The notes beneath the pieces were generated by a model. It saw nothing but the letters and a program-made list of their open reading frames with translations, ran no database searches and was not told the DNA's origin. From assembly GCA_030264375.1 (NCBI GenBank), contig JASCQW010000061.1, forward strand, positions 105,254,367 to 105,318,366: a stretch of DNA of 64,000 nucleotides, written 5' to 3'. The DNA comes from Carcharhinus longimanus (lineage: Eukaryota). Made by a program: the position numbers and the translations under genes. Of this stretch, positions 39,419 through 52,374 are shown in pieces. How positions within the stretch are numbered: the first letter of the stretch is position 1; each line of letters begins with the position of its first letter.

Positions 39419-40835
39419 GTATGTTACCACTAATTATATATCATATACTTATGTTTTCTTATATTTCTTATATCTGAATAATGACAAATTTACTAAAGCT
39501 GTGCATGGGAAATTTCACCTTTATGTTAAGAAGTAATGGTAAATTTTCAAAACAAGGTAAAATTCAGGGTCAGAAACTGAGTATAGTTTAGATAACAGAA
39601 CAGTTTCTTTTTACAGAAGTTTAGAAATATATAAAACCCTTGTGAGTTGCTTTGATGACATCAGTGACCATAGATAGCATCCTGATGCATGATGACTGGA
39701 ACAAATGACCAAACTTCTCAGGCAGTGAGATCTTCCTTTTGAAAAGTTTCACTGATCAGAATGCTTTGTCTCCATCCATGGTCAGTGGTCCAGCAGTTTT
39801 CCTCCTATCATTGTACTCCAATGAGGATCATACTGGGGTCAGTAGGGTGCACAGAGGTTGCATGGGAAAGTAGGGTGCAAACACCACTGTTGGTGCATCC
39901 TTACTGCCCACCTGATCAACGCAATGGAAAGACCCATCAGTTACTTACCTTTGTGGGAGGGGTGCCTGAGCGTACTCCAGATCACAGTTATGTCCCCAAT
40001 GGGACAGAACGTATTAAAGAAATTATCAATGTTTAAGGGTCAGCTTTTCTGGCTTGGATCCCTCCTTTCACCCATCAAACCGGTTGGAACCACTTATGTC
40101 CAGTAAGTGGCTAGTATGCCTGATCTCACTGGGTGTATAAATGAATTGACTACGGTATTCCTGCACTCATGTCACCATTAATGGCATTAGCTTTGCATGG
40201 ATTTATGGAAAATCCACTCCTTTACAAAGCAAGCCAGAAAATCTTATAAATCGCAGAGTCTGTTCCCGTATTCCTGATGTTTTTGTTGGATTTTGTCCAT
40301 TTCCCAGAAGAATTGCGTGGTGGTGGTGGGCAGTGGTTGGTGGAATCAGGAGAAACCCCTCAGATTTCTCACATTTCCAGGATATATTACTAATAAAAAT
40401 ACACTTAATTTACATCAATGTTGCCCAATAGGATTTGATGCTCGCTGAATTGTTGCAGTCAAATTTGTCACTTGATACAAAAAAGTGTAAAATATTAATA
40501 AAACAAATGTACAATCTTTTGAAAAGATTTGAGACTTTAAACCATCGGCAATAAAGATCAATACAGTCACTTTCAAAGTCAGGCAAACAGCTTCAAAAGG
40601 GTTTTGCAATTCAAGTGTTCTGTGAAGCAAGCCTGCTGTAAACAATCACAAGGGGTGGTGACAATCTGTTAACTGAGGTGTTCTGTTCCTGATGATGGGT
40701 CCAGTTTATTTCAAAAATGCAAATTTCTTCAAGAATAAACTGTCTCTTTTTTTCACAATGGAGAAATTAGGAGACACAGAGGGAAAAGAAGCAAAAAAAA
40801 ACTACTTATTAGCTTTCGTGCTCTGACCCTTGCTG

Positions 40836-41085
40836 GGGTGGCACGGAGACACAGCACCAGGTACTTGGGTTCAATTCCTGGCTTGGGTCGCTGTCTGTGG
40901 GGAGTTTGCACATTCTCCCCATGTCTGCGTGGATTTCCTCCAGATGCTCCAATTTCCTCCCACAGTCCAAAGGTGTGCTGGTTCGGTGCATTGACCTGAA
41001 CAGGCATCAGTGTACTGCGACTACGGTAACTTCATTGCAGTGTTAATGTAAGCCTTATTTGTGACTACTAAATAAACGTTAAAAA
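40836..41085 (+). mobile_element. V-SINE (HE1-like core) with a different 3' tail
   Basis: ggtggcacgg...gggttcaattcc...ggagtttgcacattctccccatgtctgcgtgg core; tail ggtaacttcattgcagtgttaatgtaagcc...aataaa. Confidence 0.75.
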
Positions 41086-43057
41086 CTTTGCCTTGTTTCA
41101 ATTCTATTGTCTGCCATTTCCAAACACACTGTCCATATCTTTAAGAGGCTATTGGCTCATGGCCATCATCCTGCGATCTTTCCTTTTATGCCATTGGCCA
41201 TTTGCTTCCCATCGCTATTTCAACAGACCTATTATGATATTTACATATTTGGGTGTCGCTGCATATTTCACACCTCATTAGTGATCATGCAGCACTGTCC
41301 ATTGTTCAGGCAGCTCAACTATTTTGCAACAATTGCTTAACTCCCAGCTGAACAAGCCAAGTCTTCAGTTAGCATACCCTGTGTCACTAGATTCCCAAGA
41401 ATAGTTTGACTGCAATCTGACCATTTCCTTCTAAAGGACTTTTACAGCTCTTCAAAGAGTAATCACAAATATCTAAATGCATTATCATTTAGAGGCGAGC
41501 AGAAAGAATAGAAAGAGAGAAGGTAACAAACAATGGACTATTTATCATTGAACAGCGGCCCTTCAGATCGATAGGTGACTCTTGTCTAATAGTAACGTGA
41601 TTGATGCTTCCTTGCTTAATTAAGGACAGTCGAGAAATAGTCTAACAGATGAAAATCGGATTCATGCCCATCTCTGAAATTTTAACATAACTCAGCATGG
41701 TGCAGCCCTCAACATGAACTGCATAAATTTGCCACGTATCTATGCCTGATTCAGCATGTGTAGTGCAGCATTAGTCTGCACTAAGATATATCTTTATTAT
41801 TAAGTTTGTTACTCCAATTCTTTTTGTATCTGCATTTTTTATGTGCCTCTCTTGAAGCATTAATACTTCTGATGGAGGGCGGGTAACTACTGGACAGTAA
41901 CATAAAGTGAGATTAATGTGAGTGACATACTGGGTCTTGACTACTGCCTTTTCTTTGGTTTTGTGGAACCAGCTTTCCTCCCCTGAGGCAATACACACGT
42001 CTGATTAGTTAGTGGAATCGCACATAAATGTGCCAGTACGCTATATCCCTGAGCCACGGAGATAAAGCTGCCTTTTTAAATGAGTGGACTGCAAATGCAG
42101 TCCATGAAGCTGAATGATGGAGAGAGGAAAATTTACAAGGGAATGCAACCAGTGACCTACTTTAGTGTAAAAATTTCAAATAGGACATTTGAGTTTGCTC
42201 ATACATAGAGCTGAGTCAGGTACTTTTTGCCCAGTGCAGTAATTTATGGAGAAAATTGCTGAATATGTAACAACTGATTAAACTGGCACATGTTCCTAAA
42301 TGTGCACTTAGGGTTTCTGAATTCTCAGTTGTTTGTTGCTTACCCTGCCTAGTTTATTGGCTAATATCCTGTGCTGTAAAATCCAGAGTAATGTTCCTGT
42401 TACTGCCTCTTTGAATGTGCCTTCTGTTACACCAATGTCATTGTCATCACTCGTTTTCTCTTTGTGTGTTTAATGTTCTTATCATCCTCTGAATCATTAA
42501 TGTAACCTCTTTTGTATCTAATTTGCAGGATTTTTGCTGCTGATTTACTGTGTCAGAGGGAAATAAAATCAGTAGAAAGAAATAAAAATAGAGACTTTCA
42601 CAAGACTGAAATTTAGATTGAAATTGTTAAACTGCACCCTGAAAGGTGCTGACGGGGGGGAAAATAATCAACACTCAAATGGTGTGTTATATATTTGTGA
42701 TGTTCTTTGGAGCGAACATTGCAATTTTAAAATCTAGGGAATGCCACTGAAATCTTGACCATCAGAATTGAATAGGCAATAAAAAAATCAAGATGGATTC
42801 CTTAAGCATTTGGTTTATTGACCCTCTCAATGAAACTTGTTGTAAATATGAGAGTTTAAAATAGCTTGTATTTTTATAACTACAATCTCACCTTTATGTT
42901 TAACATAAAAGGGGCATCAAGGGAGATACGGTAAAACATTACCTATGGTACTTGTGTCTTGTTTTAATTTTAGAACATTAGTTAAATGTCTGAGAGTGGA
43001 TGTATCTTTTTAGTTTGATTTTATTTATTTTCTTTGTTGTTTAATTTTGCTTACCAG

Positions 43058-43105
43058 AACCAAAGCCTTAGTAGAAGAACAGCGCCTTTTGTTCCTAGGG
43101 TTCAG
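43058..43105 (+). CDS. RIMS2: RIMS2 48-nt cassette exon H (phase 0 to 0): NQSLSRRTAPFVPRVQ
   Basis: ttttgcttaccag|AAC...CAG|gtaaag. Matches, from memory, the mammalian RIM2 alternative insert SQSLSRRTTPFVPRVQ before C2A. Confidence 0.9.
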
Positions 43106-43955
43106 GTAAAGGCACTGTATATCTGGAAATATTATCATTTGGAAAATGCAGAGAAGTAACTGATGGCAACAGTTTTATTTTCTGTCTGCTCCCCCCCCCC
43201 CTTTGTTGTATTTTTATAGCATACATGCATATTTTATACCTCAGAACATCTCGCCAATATTAAGTAAAGCTCTGCATGTTTTCAGGAACAATGCATTCAC
43301 ATTGCCATTGCACTGTTTTAAAGAACAGTGAGCTGCATTTTCCAATTTACATTAGATCCTTCAATTGACCATTAGCAAACAAATGATACCTATGCAAACA
43401 GATCTTATACATAGTTGTGTGAAGGAATTTTGTGGTGAAGTTTGAGGTGGTCTCCCATCTTCTTTGGAATCTTGTAATTAACTATTACCCTGAAAAGTCA
43501 GAATTTTTTAAAATGTATCTGTGTGTTAGACTGCTTATAACTATACAGATGGGAGAGTTGGAATAGTTTGAGTCACAAAACTCTTCACAGCTGTGATCAT
43601 TTGTGTATCCGAATCAGTCAGTTGGATGTGCGATTAGAAATGGATATTAGTAGGTTTTTTCTTCTCCTGTGATGGAGTCCCTTCCTTCCATGTTTACACT
43701 GAAAACAGAATCCCTTCCCAACTAAGAGCTACAAGCCTAAGGGTGGATAGTCCTGGGACTCAAACTGGTTCTTTGCTGGTTTGCTTCTGGATTCCTTTCA
43801 ATCTTGTGTTAAATGTACAGTTACAATTCTCATACTTAATTTTGAAGTAATAGTTTTTTAATTGTTCTTTAGGCTATCCCTTCTAAGAGAGCTATGGAAT
43901 GGTTTACATGTTTATTTGCAGTGATTTTCCAAAGAACACCATCCTGTCTGTCTTC

Positions 43956-44490
43956 ATAGAATCATAGGTTATAGCACAGAAGAAGGCCATTTGCGCCATC
44001 AAGCCTGTGCTAACTCTTTGTGAGAGCAGTTTAGCTAGACTCACTCTCTTGTCCTTCCCCATAACCCAACTACTTTTTTTTTCTCATTGGGTACTTCTAC
44101 AATTTTGAAAACCTTTTGAAAGCCATGATTGAATCTGCCTTATGCTCTCAGGCAGTGCATTCCAGACATTAACCATTTGCTGTAAAAAAAAATATTTCTG
44201 CAGGTCACCATTCATTCTTCACCATAAATCTTTATTTCCTAGTTCTCAACTCTTCCACTATTGGAAACAGTTTCTCTTGACCTACTCTGTCCAGTCTCCT
44301 ATGAGTTTGAGCCTCTCAAACCTCTTTTCTCAAAGGAGGATCATCCCAACATCTTCAATCTATCCATGCAGCTGAAGTCTCTCATTCCTGGAACTATTCT
44401 CGTAAATCCTTTCTGAAACCGCTCTAATGTCTTCACGTACTTTCTGAAGTACACTGCCTAGAATTGGACACAGTAGTTCAGGCCACCTGA
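43956..44490 (-). mobile_element. CR1 LINE 3' fragment
   Basis: catagaatcatagg...gaaggccatt tail; ggcagtgcattccagac; cctagaattggacacagtagttca (reverse complement of EYCVQF). Confidence 0.75.
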
Positions 44491-47400
44491 ATTGTGCATT
44501 GTATTGCAAAATAAGCCATCACAGCAAAATGATGCTTGCTGTTCTGGTTGTCTTTGGAAGTGGAAAAGCTCCTTTACAGCTATCCTGTTACAGTGTTGCC
44601 AGTCAAAAATTTAACCAGATAGACAAATATTTCAAACAGTGAAACATCACTAATTACATGTGTATTTTGATAACACCAAACTGGGTAGTTCTTCCTTATG
44701 TATTTTTGGAGGTGTGGCCTGATTGCTATCTGCTCTGGTTTAGGACCATCACCATTCTTTCATGTCTTATTCTCGGTTGGGCAGAGCACCAGCCATCCGT
44801 AGTGGCCATATTTTTGCTGCAATTATTTTTCTGACTTAAAATGTATTCATGGCTTGCTTATGACAAAGAATCTGCCTATTGAAAAGTGGAAAGTGTTTAT
44901 TCAATATTAACAGATCCCCACAGTACTGTCAGTGAGAATATTTTTATCAACAAAGTAAGTTTGGGAAGAAGTGGGGTTGATCACTGCAAAACCAGTGTAA
45001 ATCTGCTTCCAACTGCACAGGGAGAAATCTCACCAAAGATCTTAAACATCTTAAGGAACAAAGACCAAAATCATTCTGTGTTGTTGATTGTGAACTAGAT
45101 TCTGAACAAGAGAAAGCTGGGGTAAGGTTTGTATTTAGGTACGATTTGTTTGCTAGCATATTAGAGCTTAAGTTTAGATGCCATTTCTGCCTCCCCATAG
45201 AACATTAGAATATAAATTGATTTTATTAAACCTTCATTTGCAATTTGACAGAATGCTTCTTTGCTTTGCTGCATGTTTGAGGAATTATGTGTTCATTATA
45301 CTCTCAGCTATATCTGTAGCTTGTATCATTGTTCAAGCAAGTTTCCTTTGATGTTAAAACTAGAAATTCTCAAGAACGTACATATAAAGGAAATGATTGA
45401 TTGAAGAAGAGACTTACTAGGATAGAAGGATTAAGTGAGAGATATTCCAGACCAATGGAGTGAGTGGGTGAAGCAGTCATGAATGGAAAGAATGAATGAG
45501 TGAGACACTCCAAAATGGAAAGTGTGAGTGGCTGAAGCAATCTGGAATGAAAAGGGGATGAGTTGAGCTGCTTATGAGTTCTGCCAGACTGATGTGCAGC
45601 TTTCACAATCTGATATGCAGAAACAGCAGGAATGTTATTGCCTCATTAGCATTGAGTCTTCAAGCTCTGAGACACCAACCAGGCGTCCTGCTGCAATTTA
45701 CTCGATTGAATCTTACTGGTTTTGAGCCACTCCAGGAGGACAGGTACAGTGGGGAGACAGTTCTGATTGAGGGTGAAATTCAGCTCTGATCATTTAAGTA
45801 ATCATGGAAGAGCACTCCTTCAACTTCTGATGACACACAAATAATGTTAAATTTGCTTGGGATTGGCTTATTTTCTTCTCAATCACCCATAAAGATGATA
45901 GGTCACCTATAATGCACACTGTATCCAACCTAGTTCCTATCTCGATCAAGGGTAGAATATTACACTCTGGCAGATGCACGCAGGGCTTAAAATTGAGTGC
46001 AATATCATGGACGATGTTCCAAGTACCTACCCACCTGCCCCATCACAATTTGATTCAGAGCAAGGAACGACCTACTTGCCTTGACCAATTGATCACCACT
46101 TAAGCATCCCCCACCCCCAAAGCACCGCCATCAGATTGCTACAATATTTGCTCTGATGGGCAGAGATCGGTCACAATTTGAAGCACGACAGGTCACCCTC
46201 TTCTGGCTATTGGCAGGAAATGATGGGTATTTGCTTTACAGTCCTCCTGGGCCCATTTCGGAGGCTCCCTCCCCATCCAGCCCCAGTGACGATCACTGTC
46301 AGCTCCCAGTGGCACTGCTCGGAGCAGCACTGTATTTGATGAGCCAGCTGCATATCCAAGTGGGGATGGTGTTCTCACCTTGAGCCAAGTAACGTCCTGC
46401 TGTGCATTAAATGGCTGTGGGGGTTACGCACCAGAGTGAGAGCAGGTTTCCACTGACGTTTTCACTCGGGGTGGGTTGAAACCCAGTGAAATCCTGCCCA
46501 ATTGTTAGTGATAGATTTTTGATAATCAAAGGTAAAGATGGTTACAGGGAGTTAGATCACAGTTAGGCAGTGATCTTATCAAATATGGAACAGATTTCGA
46601 GCGCAAGATGTCAAAATCCTCTTCTCTGTTCCACAAAAAGTCAGTTGGGTAATCAGACCCTAATTTAGATGTTGAGTGGGCAAAGTGGAAGACACCTTTG
46701 AAAATGACAATTGATTGGGCAGTAATGCCCATTATTAACAGCAGGTTAAAATAAGTTAAAATCGAGTCCAGTGAATGAAACAGTCCAGAATGGAAAGAAT
46801 GAGCGAGTGAGTGGAAAGGTGATGGAGAATACAAGAAAGGAACAGAGAGTACTATACTTAGAATAGGAGTGGAGAGAGAGATACGTATTGGAATTGAGAA
46901 GATAAACAAGACAACAGGAGCAAATGAAAGCCAATAAAGTAGAACTGAAATAAAGAACTATAAGAAGAGCAGTAGTAACAGTTAGAGCATATGGAATACA
47001 GATACTTGTTGATTGTGAGACACGAGAGAGAACACTTTAGAAAACAGAAATAACAGTGGCAAGAAAGAAGTGACCTGAAAACATAAGCAAGTGAGCATTT
47101 GTTCAAAAAGAAAATATTGGAGCGAGAGAGAAATGGTTTTTGCAGTTCTGGAAAAGTTCTCCTGATTACAGATGTGAATTGCACAATTTATGCCTTTGAG
47201 ATACAGCAAACTACAGATTGGTCTCTGGTCTCTAGCTTTTTTATTTAATGAAATAATGTAAAGATGGAAATGTCATTGCCTAATTTATGTTTTTTTATGT
47301 CTGTTGATGATAACTGTTGGAGCTGTGCTATAATAAGCGTGATATACTGACTATGTTTATTGTTATTCTTTTAGACCTGGTCTCTTACCAAAATCAGTGA

Positions 47401-47803
47401 AACTATCAATCCTCTACATGTTAACTACTGGAAAAAGAAATGCATTTTACGCAATCAAAGGTTTCAGTGTAGTTTTGCCAAGTATTTTAGTAATAGATTT
47501 TTGAACTATCATTTCGAAGAATAATGTCTCTCATAGGATATAATTTGAAGGATTAACTGAGTCCATTGTAGGGTCCTTTACGTGACAAATACCACTCGAA
47601 TTTACAGTTTCTATATATGGTTGTGTTTGCACTCTGAGTTAATGTAACTTGTGCAGATGAACCGAAATGAATTATAATGATTTCAGATTGTGATGGATTT
47701 TAGAGAGTATTTAGAGAGATGTAAAGGTATGTACTTAAAAGGAATTATCTCGGATAAGCATCAACAAGGGCAGTGATTATATGATGGTATGATCTTCCAA
47801 CAG

Positions 47804-47934
47804 ATTAAGCTCTGGTACGACAAAGTTGGCCACCAGCTTATTGTTACAATACTTGGAGCGAAAGATCTTCCTTTCAGGGAAGAAGGAAGGCCAAGGAACC
47901 CCTATGTGAAAATTTACTTTCTTCCTGATCGAAG
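47804..47934 (+). CDS. RIMS2: RIMS2 exon I (131 nt, phase 0 to 2), C2A N-half: IKLWYDKVGHQLIVTILGAKDLPFREEGRPRNPYVKIYFLPDR
   Basis: cttccaacag|ATT...CGA AG|gtaaga; RIM C2A domain sequence. Confidence 0.97.
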
Positions 47935-48489
47935 GTAAGATCATTTAACTGTCTTTCCGGGTGAAATTGTCATATAAAACATTTGCCACCTTTTTTTCTG
48001 CTTTTCGTGAATTTTACCTCCCCTATCTGATGAATTTCATAATTTGTTCTCGCCCATCTTAATTTCTGCTATTCCTATTCTTATCGGGTAGGCAGCTGGC
48101 CTGCCATTTTCTTGCTGAAATTGGTTATAGGGATGTTCTCAGAGGATTTACACTGTTGCTTAATTATGATTGCAACTCTTTGATAATTTATCTGAGATGA
48201 GCATGTGGAGAAGTGCAGGTGTTAACCTGCTACTCCAGAACATTTACACAACTACTACTGCCCATTAGGTCAAGGATTTAATTTCTCTGAATTTTTCATT
48301 AATTGTTATTACAACCTGACAATTTATTACATATACAGTAAGACAGAGATTCTACATCAACTTATAGAATATAATGGGCAGAAATGTCTCGTAGTGTTTT
48401 ATGAAATTGAAATACTATCATGAAACAAATATATACGCTAAATGAACAGTATTGCTAACTTTACATGATTCTAGTGCAAGTTTTTTTTA

Positions 48490-48865
48490 TTCATTCATGG
48501 GACGTGGGCATTGCTGGCTGGCCAGCATTTATTGCCCATCCCGAGTCGCCCTTGAACTGATTGGCTAGCTTGTGGGCCATTTCAGAGGGTAATTGAGAGT
48601 CAACCACGTTGCTGTGGCTCTGGAATCACATGTAGGCCAGACCAGGTAAGGACGGCAGAATTCCTTCCTTAAAGGACATTTGTGAACCAGATGGGTTTTT
48701 CTGACAATCAACAATAGCTTCAAGGTCATCAGTAGATGCTTAATTCCAGATATTTCTTAGTGAATTCAAATTCTACCATCTGTGGAATTCAAACCCAGGT
48801 CCCTAGAACATTAGCTGAATTTGTAGATTAATATTCTAACAATAATTCCACTAGGCCATCATCTC
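48490..48865 (-). mobile_element. Shark tRNA-derived SINE (SacSINE1/Deu-like), near full length
   Basis: ttcattcatgggacgtgggc...gagtcaaccacgttgctgtgg...ccagaccaggtaaggacggcag...ggaattcaaacccaggtccc (reverse-complement B box)...ccactaggccatc. A second copy lies at 56265-56445. Confidence 0.65.
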
Positions 48866-49369
48866 CTGCAGGTTGCTGAAAGTATTTTCCAAAGGAAAAA
48901 GCCAGGCCATGGAACCAAAGAATCCCAAATGTACAAATGCCCAAGCGAAGTGGATAAATGTTGAGTGATATACAGCAGTACATTTAAAGATTCTCGCAAG
49001 ATTCTTCATTTAATAATTNNNNNNNNNNNNNNNNNNNNNNNNNNNNNNNNNNNNNNNNNNACCTTTTGTGCTAATTAATGTCATTTTTATCTGCGCAAGC
49101 AACTTTAATGGCATCAATTAATTTACCAGCTCTGTGAAAAGCTAGTAAGGTGAGATGTTATGTGACACGCTATGCACATAGGGTGCTTAAAGTTAAATCC
49201 CAGTACCCGCCTGCATAAATCATCAGACAAAGGTGGCTGGACCTCAGTAGTGCAGGCAAAAGCTTTTATTCTCAATGGAATTACAAAAAAACCTGCTGTA
49301 GAAATTAATGGGACTGAGAGCTGATAAATCCTCAGGATCTAATAATCTATATCCCAGAGCATCCATCCA

Positions 49370-49590
49370 CAGTTCCCCCGCCTCCTGCCCCTTCTGCTCT
49401 ATCCTCATTACCCCATGCATATTACATGACTGATCCCCTAATCTGCACATCTTCGGACACTAAGGGGAAATTTTACAATGATCAATCCACTGACTGCAGG
49501 AGGAATCTGGAGCACCGCAGACATGGAGAGAATGTACAAACTCCATACAGTCACCTGTAATCGAACCCTGTGAGGCAGCAGCATTGAGCA
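49370..49590 (-). mobile_element. HE1-type V-SINE (degenerate)
   Basis: aatctgcacatcttcggacactaagggg...ggagcaccgcagacatggagagaatgtacaaactccatacag...gtgaggcagcagc. Confidence 0.7.
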
Positions 49591-49599
49591 TTATGGGAA

Positions 49600-50430
49600 A
49601 AATACCATCTTGCCCTTGTCAGAATGCAGGTCTTGACTGAATTATATATTCTGAATCAAACTGGCTGATCTATAGTGGATATGATGTCAGACTGGCAGCT
49701 GAGTGAGAAATGCCATGAACAAAGGAGTCCATTCCATTTTGCCTTCTTCAGTCTCACCAAGACACTCAATCATGTGAGCAGAGCTGGTCTATTTAAGCTT
49801 CTGGAGAAAATTGGCTGCGCTTCGAAGCTGCTCCATGTGATTTTTTTTATGACAACATGATGGGTGAGGTCAGCAACGACAGACATCAGAACCCTAAGAG
49901 ACCTGTAGTGTGGTCAAACAGGGATTTGTTCTGGCACCTTTGGCATATCCTTCTTTTTGCTGTTGTCATTTACCCTCAGTTTATTTACAGAGGGTGTTTA
50001 GAGACATACCTAAACTGATGGAAAGCTGTTTAGCCTTTCTTGCTTGAGATTCAGGGCAAATGTGTGGCAAGTTCTCATCCACACATTTGTGGAACTCATC
50101 CACACAGAGTTGCTCTACTCAGCTCTAACTCTGCTGCACTAGCATTCGTCCCAACGAATAGTGGTAAATGGACAAACTCTGTCACAAGTGTAAAGAGCAT
50201 CAGGAACGCAAGTATTATGGTCCAGGATGTTGCCATACTGCTGCTATCTATCAGTATTGACATATGACCTTGGAGGTTGTCAATAGCTTCGTAAATCTCT
50301 GATACTAAATCCAACACACACATTGCAAAATATGCAGCTGCTATGTCCAAGCTTATTAACATAATGTGGAAAAATAGAAATTTGGCTTTGAATATTAAAC
50401 TGTCATTTTGCCAAATGTTACAGACCAATT
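49600..50430 (+). mobile_element. RTE-clade LINE RT fragment
   Basis: FAFFSLTKTLNHVSRAGLFKLLEKIGCASKLL and gtcaaacagggatttgttctggcacct (VKQGFVLAP). Confidence 0.7.
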
Positions 50431-50748
50431 TGGAACCAGTAACTTTTTGTTTGAAGTAGACAATTTTGAACTCCTGGTTACTCACTAAGAGAATAAAGCC
50501 ACAAAATTCCACAGTTTTAAACAAACAAAATAAATTTTACTATACAAGGTCAGAAAAGCAGAGCAATCTAAAATATCTAACTTTTATACTCTAACATTTA
50601 GAATTGGCATGAGGTAAAGAATTAATAGGAACCTGTGGTCAAACACACCATGCCGCACTTTAAAAGGCAGGTGTTTCAAGAGAGATCCCATGGATTTCTC
50701 AACAATCCTCCCTGACATCGGTGACCACTGAGTTATTAAATTAATATC

Positions 50749-51413
50749 ATTTGATTTGATTTATTATTTTCACTGTATTGGGATACAGTGAAAAATATTG
50801 TTTCTTGCGTGCTATACAGACAAAGCATACTATTCATAGAATACAGAGGGGAGAAGGAAAAGGATTTGATTTGACTTATTATTGTCACATGTATTGGGAT
50901 GCAATGAAAAGTATTGTTTCTTGTGCGCTATACAGACAAAGCATGCTATCCATAGAGTACAGAGGAGGGAAGGAAAAGGATTTGATTTGATTTATTATTG
51001 TCAACATGTATTGGGATACAGTGAAAAGTATTGTTTCTTGCGTGCTATACAGAAACCATACCATTCATAGAGTACATAAGGGAGAAGGAAATGAGAGTGT
51101 GCAGAATGTAGTGTTATAGTCACAGCTAGGGTGTAGAGAAGAATCAGCTTAGTGCGAGGTAGCTCCATTCAGAAGTCTGACAGCAGCAGCGAAGAAGCTG
51201 TTCTTGATTTGATTTATTATTGTCACATGTATTAACATGCAATGAAAAGTATTGTTTCTTGCACGCTATACAGACAAAACATACCATTCGTAGAGAGGGA
51301 AATGAGAGAGTGCAGAATGTAGTGTTACAGTCATAGCTAGGGTATAGAGAAAAATCATTTAATGCAAGTCCATTCAAATGTCTGACAGCAGCAGGAAAGA
51401 AGCTGTTCTTGAG
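50749..51413 (-). repeat. Four head-to-tail copies of a LINE 3' end (Rex1/Babar-like) with (ATCAA)n tails
   Basis: Units start at 50749, 50864, 50980 and 51207 with atttgatttga/ttattattgtcacatgtattgggatacagtgaaaagtattgtttcttgcg. The two longer units include the reverse complement of KNSFFxAAVRxLNG. Confidence 0.75.
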
Positions 51414-52374
51414 CTTTATTCCATTAAAATTCTGTCTCCTTTCAAAGATCTAGCCTCTAAAATTATCTAATTCCCTCAAAAGCTACTTTGACTGGGACTA
51501 CCTCAATGACTGGTCATTAAATCTCTCCTCCTGAGTGTGTACCCCACGGGATTCACAAAGTTGCATTTCCAAGTCTAATCACTGGCACTCATCCAATTAT
51601 ATTGCAGACCACCAGCCTCACCACGTTGATGCTGAACCTTAGTTTCTCCATACGCTATTCTCCTGGGTGCACTGAACTATAAATGGCATCCAGGACGTCC
51701 TCTAAGCACTAACCTTCTCCAGCCCAAATCCAGCTCTCCCTGGCATCTTCAAAACTCACCAAGCCGTCTCCTAAGCACTAACTGCACTGAACTCATCTCA
51801 GGGCTTCTCTGTGATCTGCAAATCACACAAGTTCCAAATCAGAACTGGCTTCCCTCTCCCACCAAACACAGAGATAAATGAAAATCACAGAATGTCCTGA
51901 AGCTCCACCCATCTCCATGACGATTTAGCCTTTCTTGCTTCTTGAAATGCATTTAAACTAATCGAGCTGTAATTCCCAAAAAAAATCTCATTGGACTGCA
52001 CTTCTTTGTAAGCAGTGTAGGCATCGCATCTTCCATTCTCCAGCCAAGAAAGCTCCCACCTCATGTCTTGTGGCTCCATTTATTCCATTCAGACTCTATT
52101 GTCTATAGGTAACTATACCTATAGTATAGGTTATAGGTATAGACAATTGTCTTCTAGGTGTTCTGCCAATCTCTAAAGCCCAGCATTTTAGTTTCCCTAC
52201 CTTCATAACAACAATCTTCCTTGAACTAAATGTAACGGCTAAAATATTACCATGAACTAGATAATTGTTGCACAAGCCTGCATCCTCATGCATATCTTGA
52301 CAGTAGTGATAGCTGGAGAATATATGCTAAGCAACAGGAAAGGAAAGGAAAATTCAATTTACAAAATTATTTCC

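Noticed and set aside
40689-40725. CTGATGA hammerhead-like core (also at about 11315 on the minus strand)
   Set aside because: No convincing stem II or GAAA core half, so too decayed to call.
50749-51413. Regularly spaced repeats resembling a CRISPR array
   Set aside because: Whole units are repeated with no unique spacers, there are no cas genes, the context is vertebrate, and the units are LINE 3' ends.
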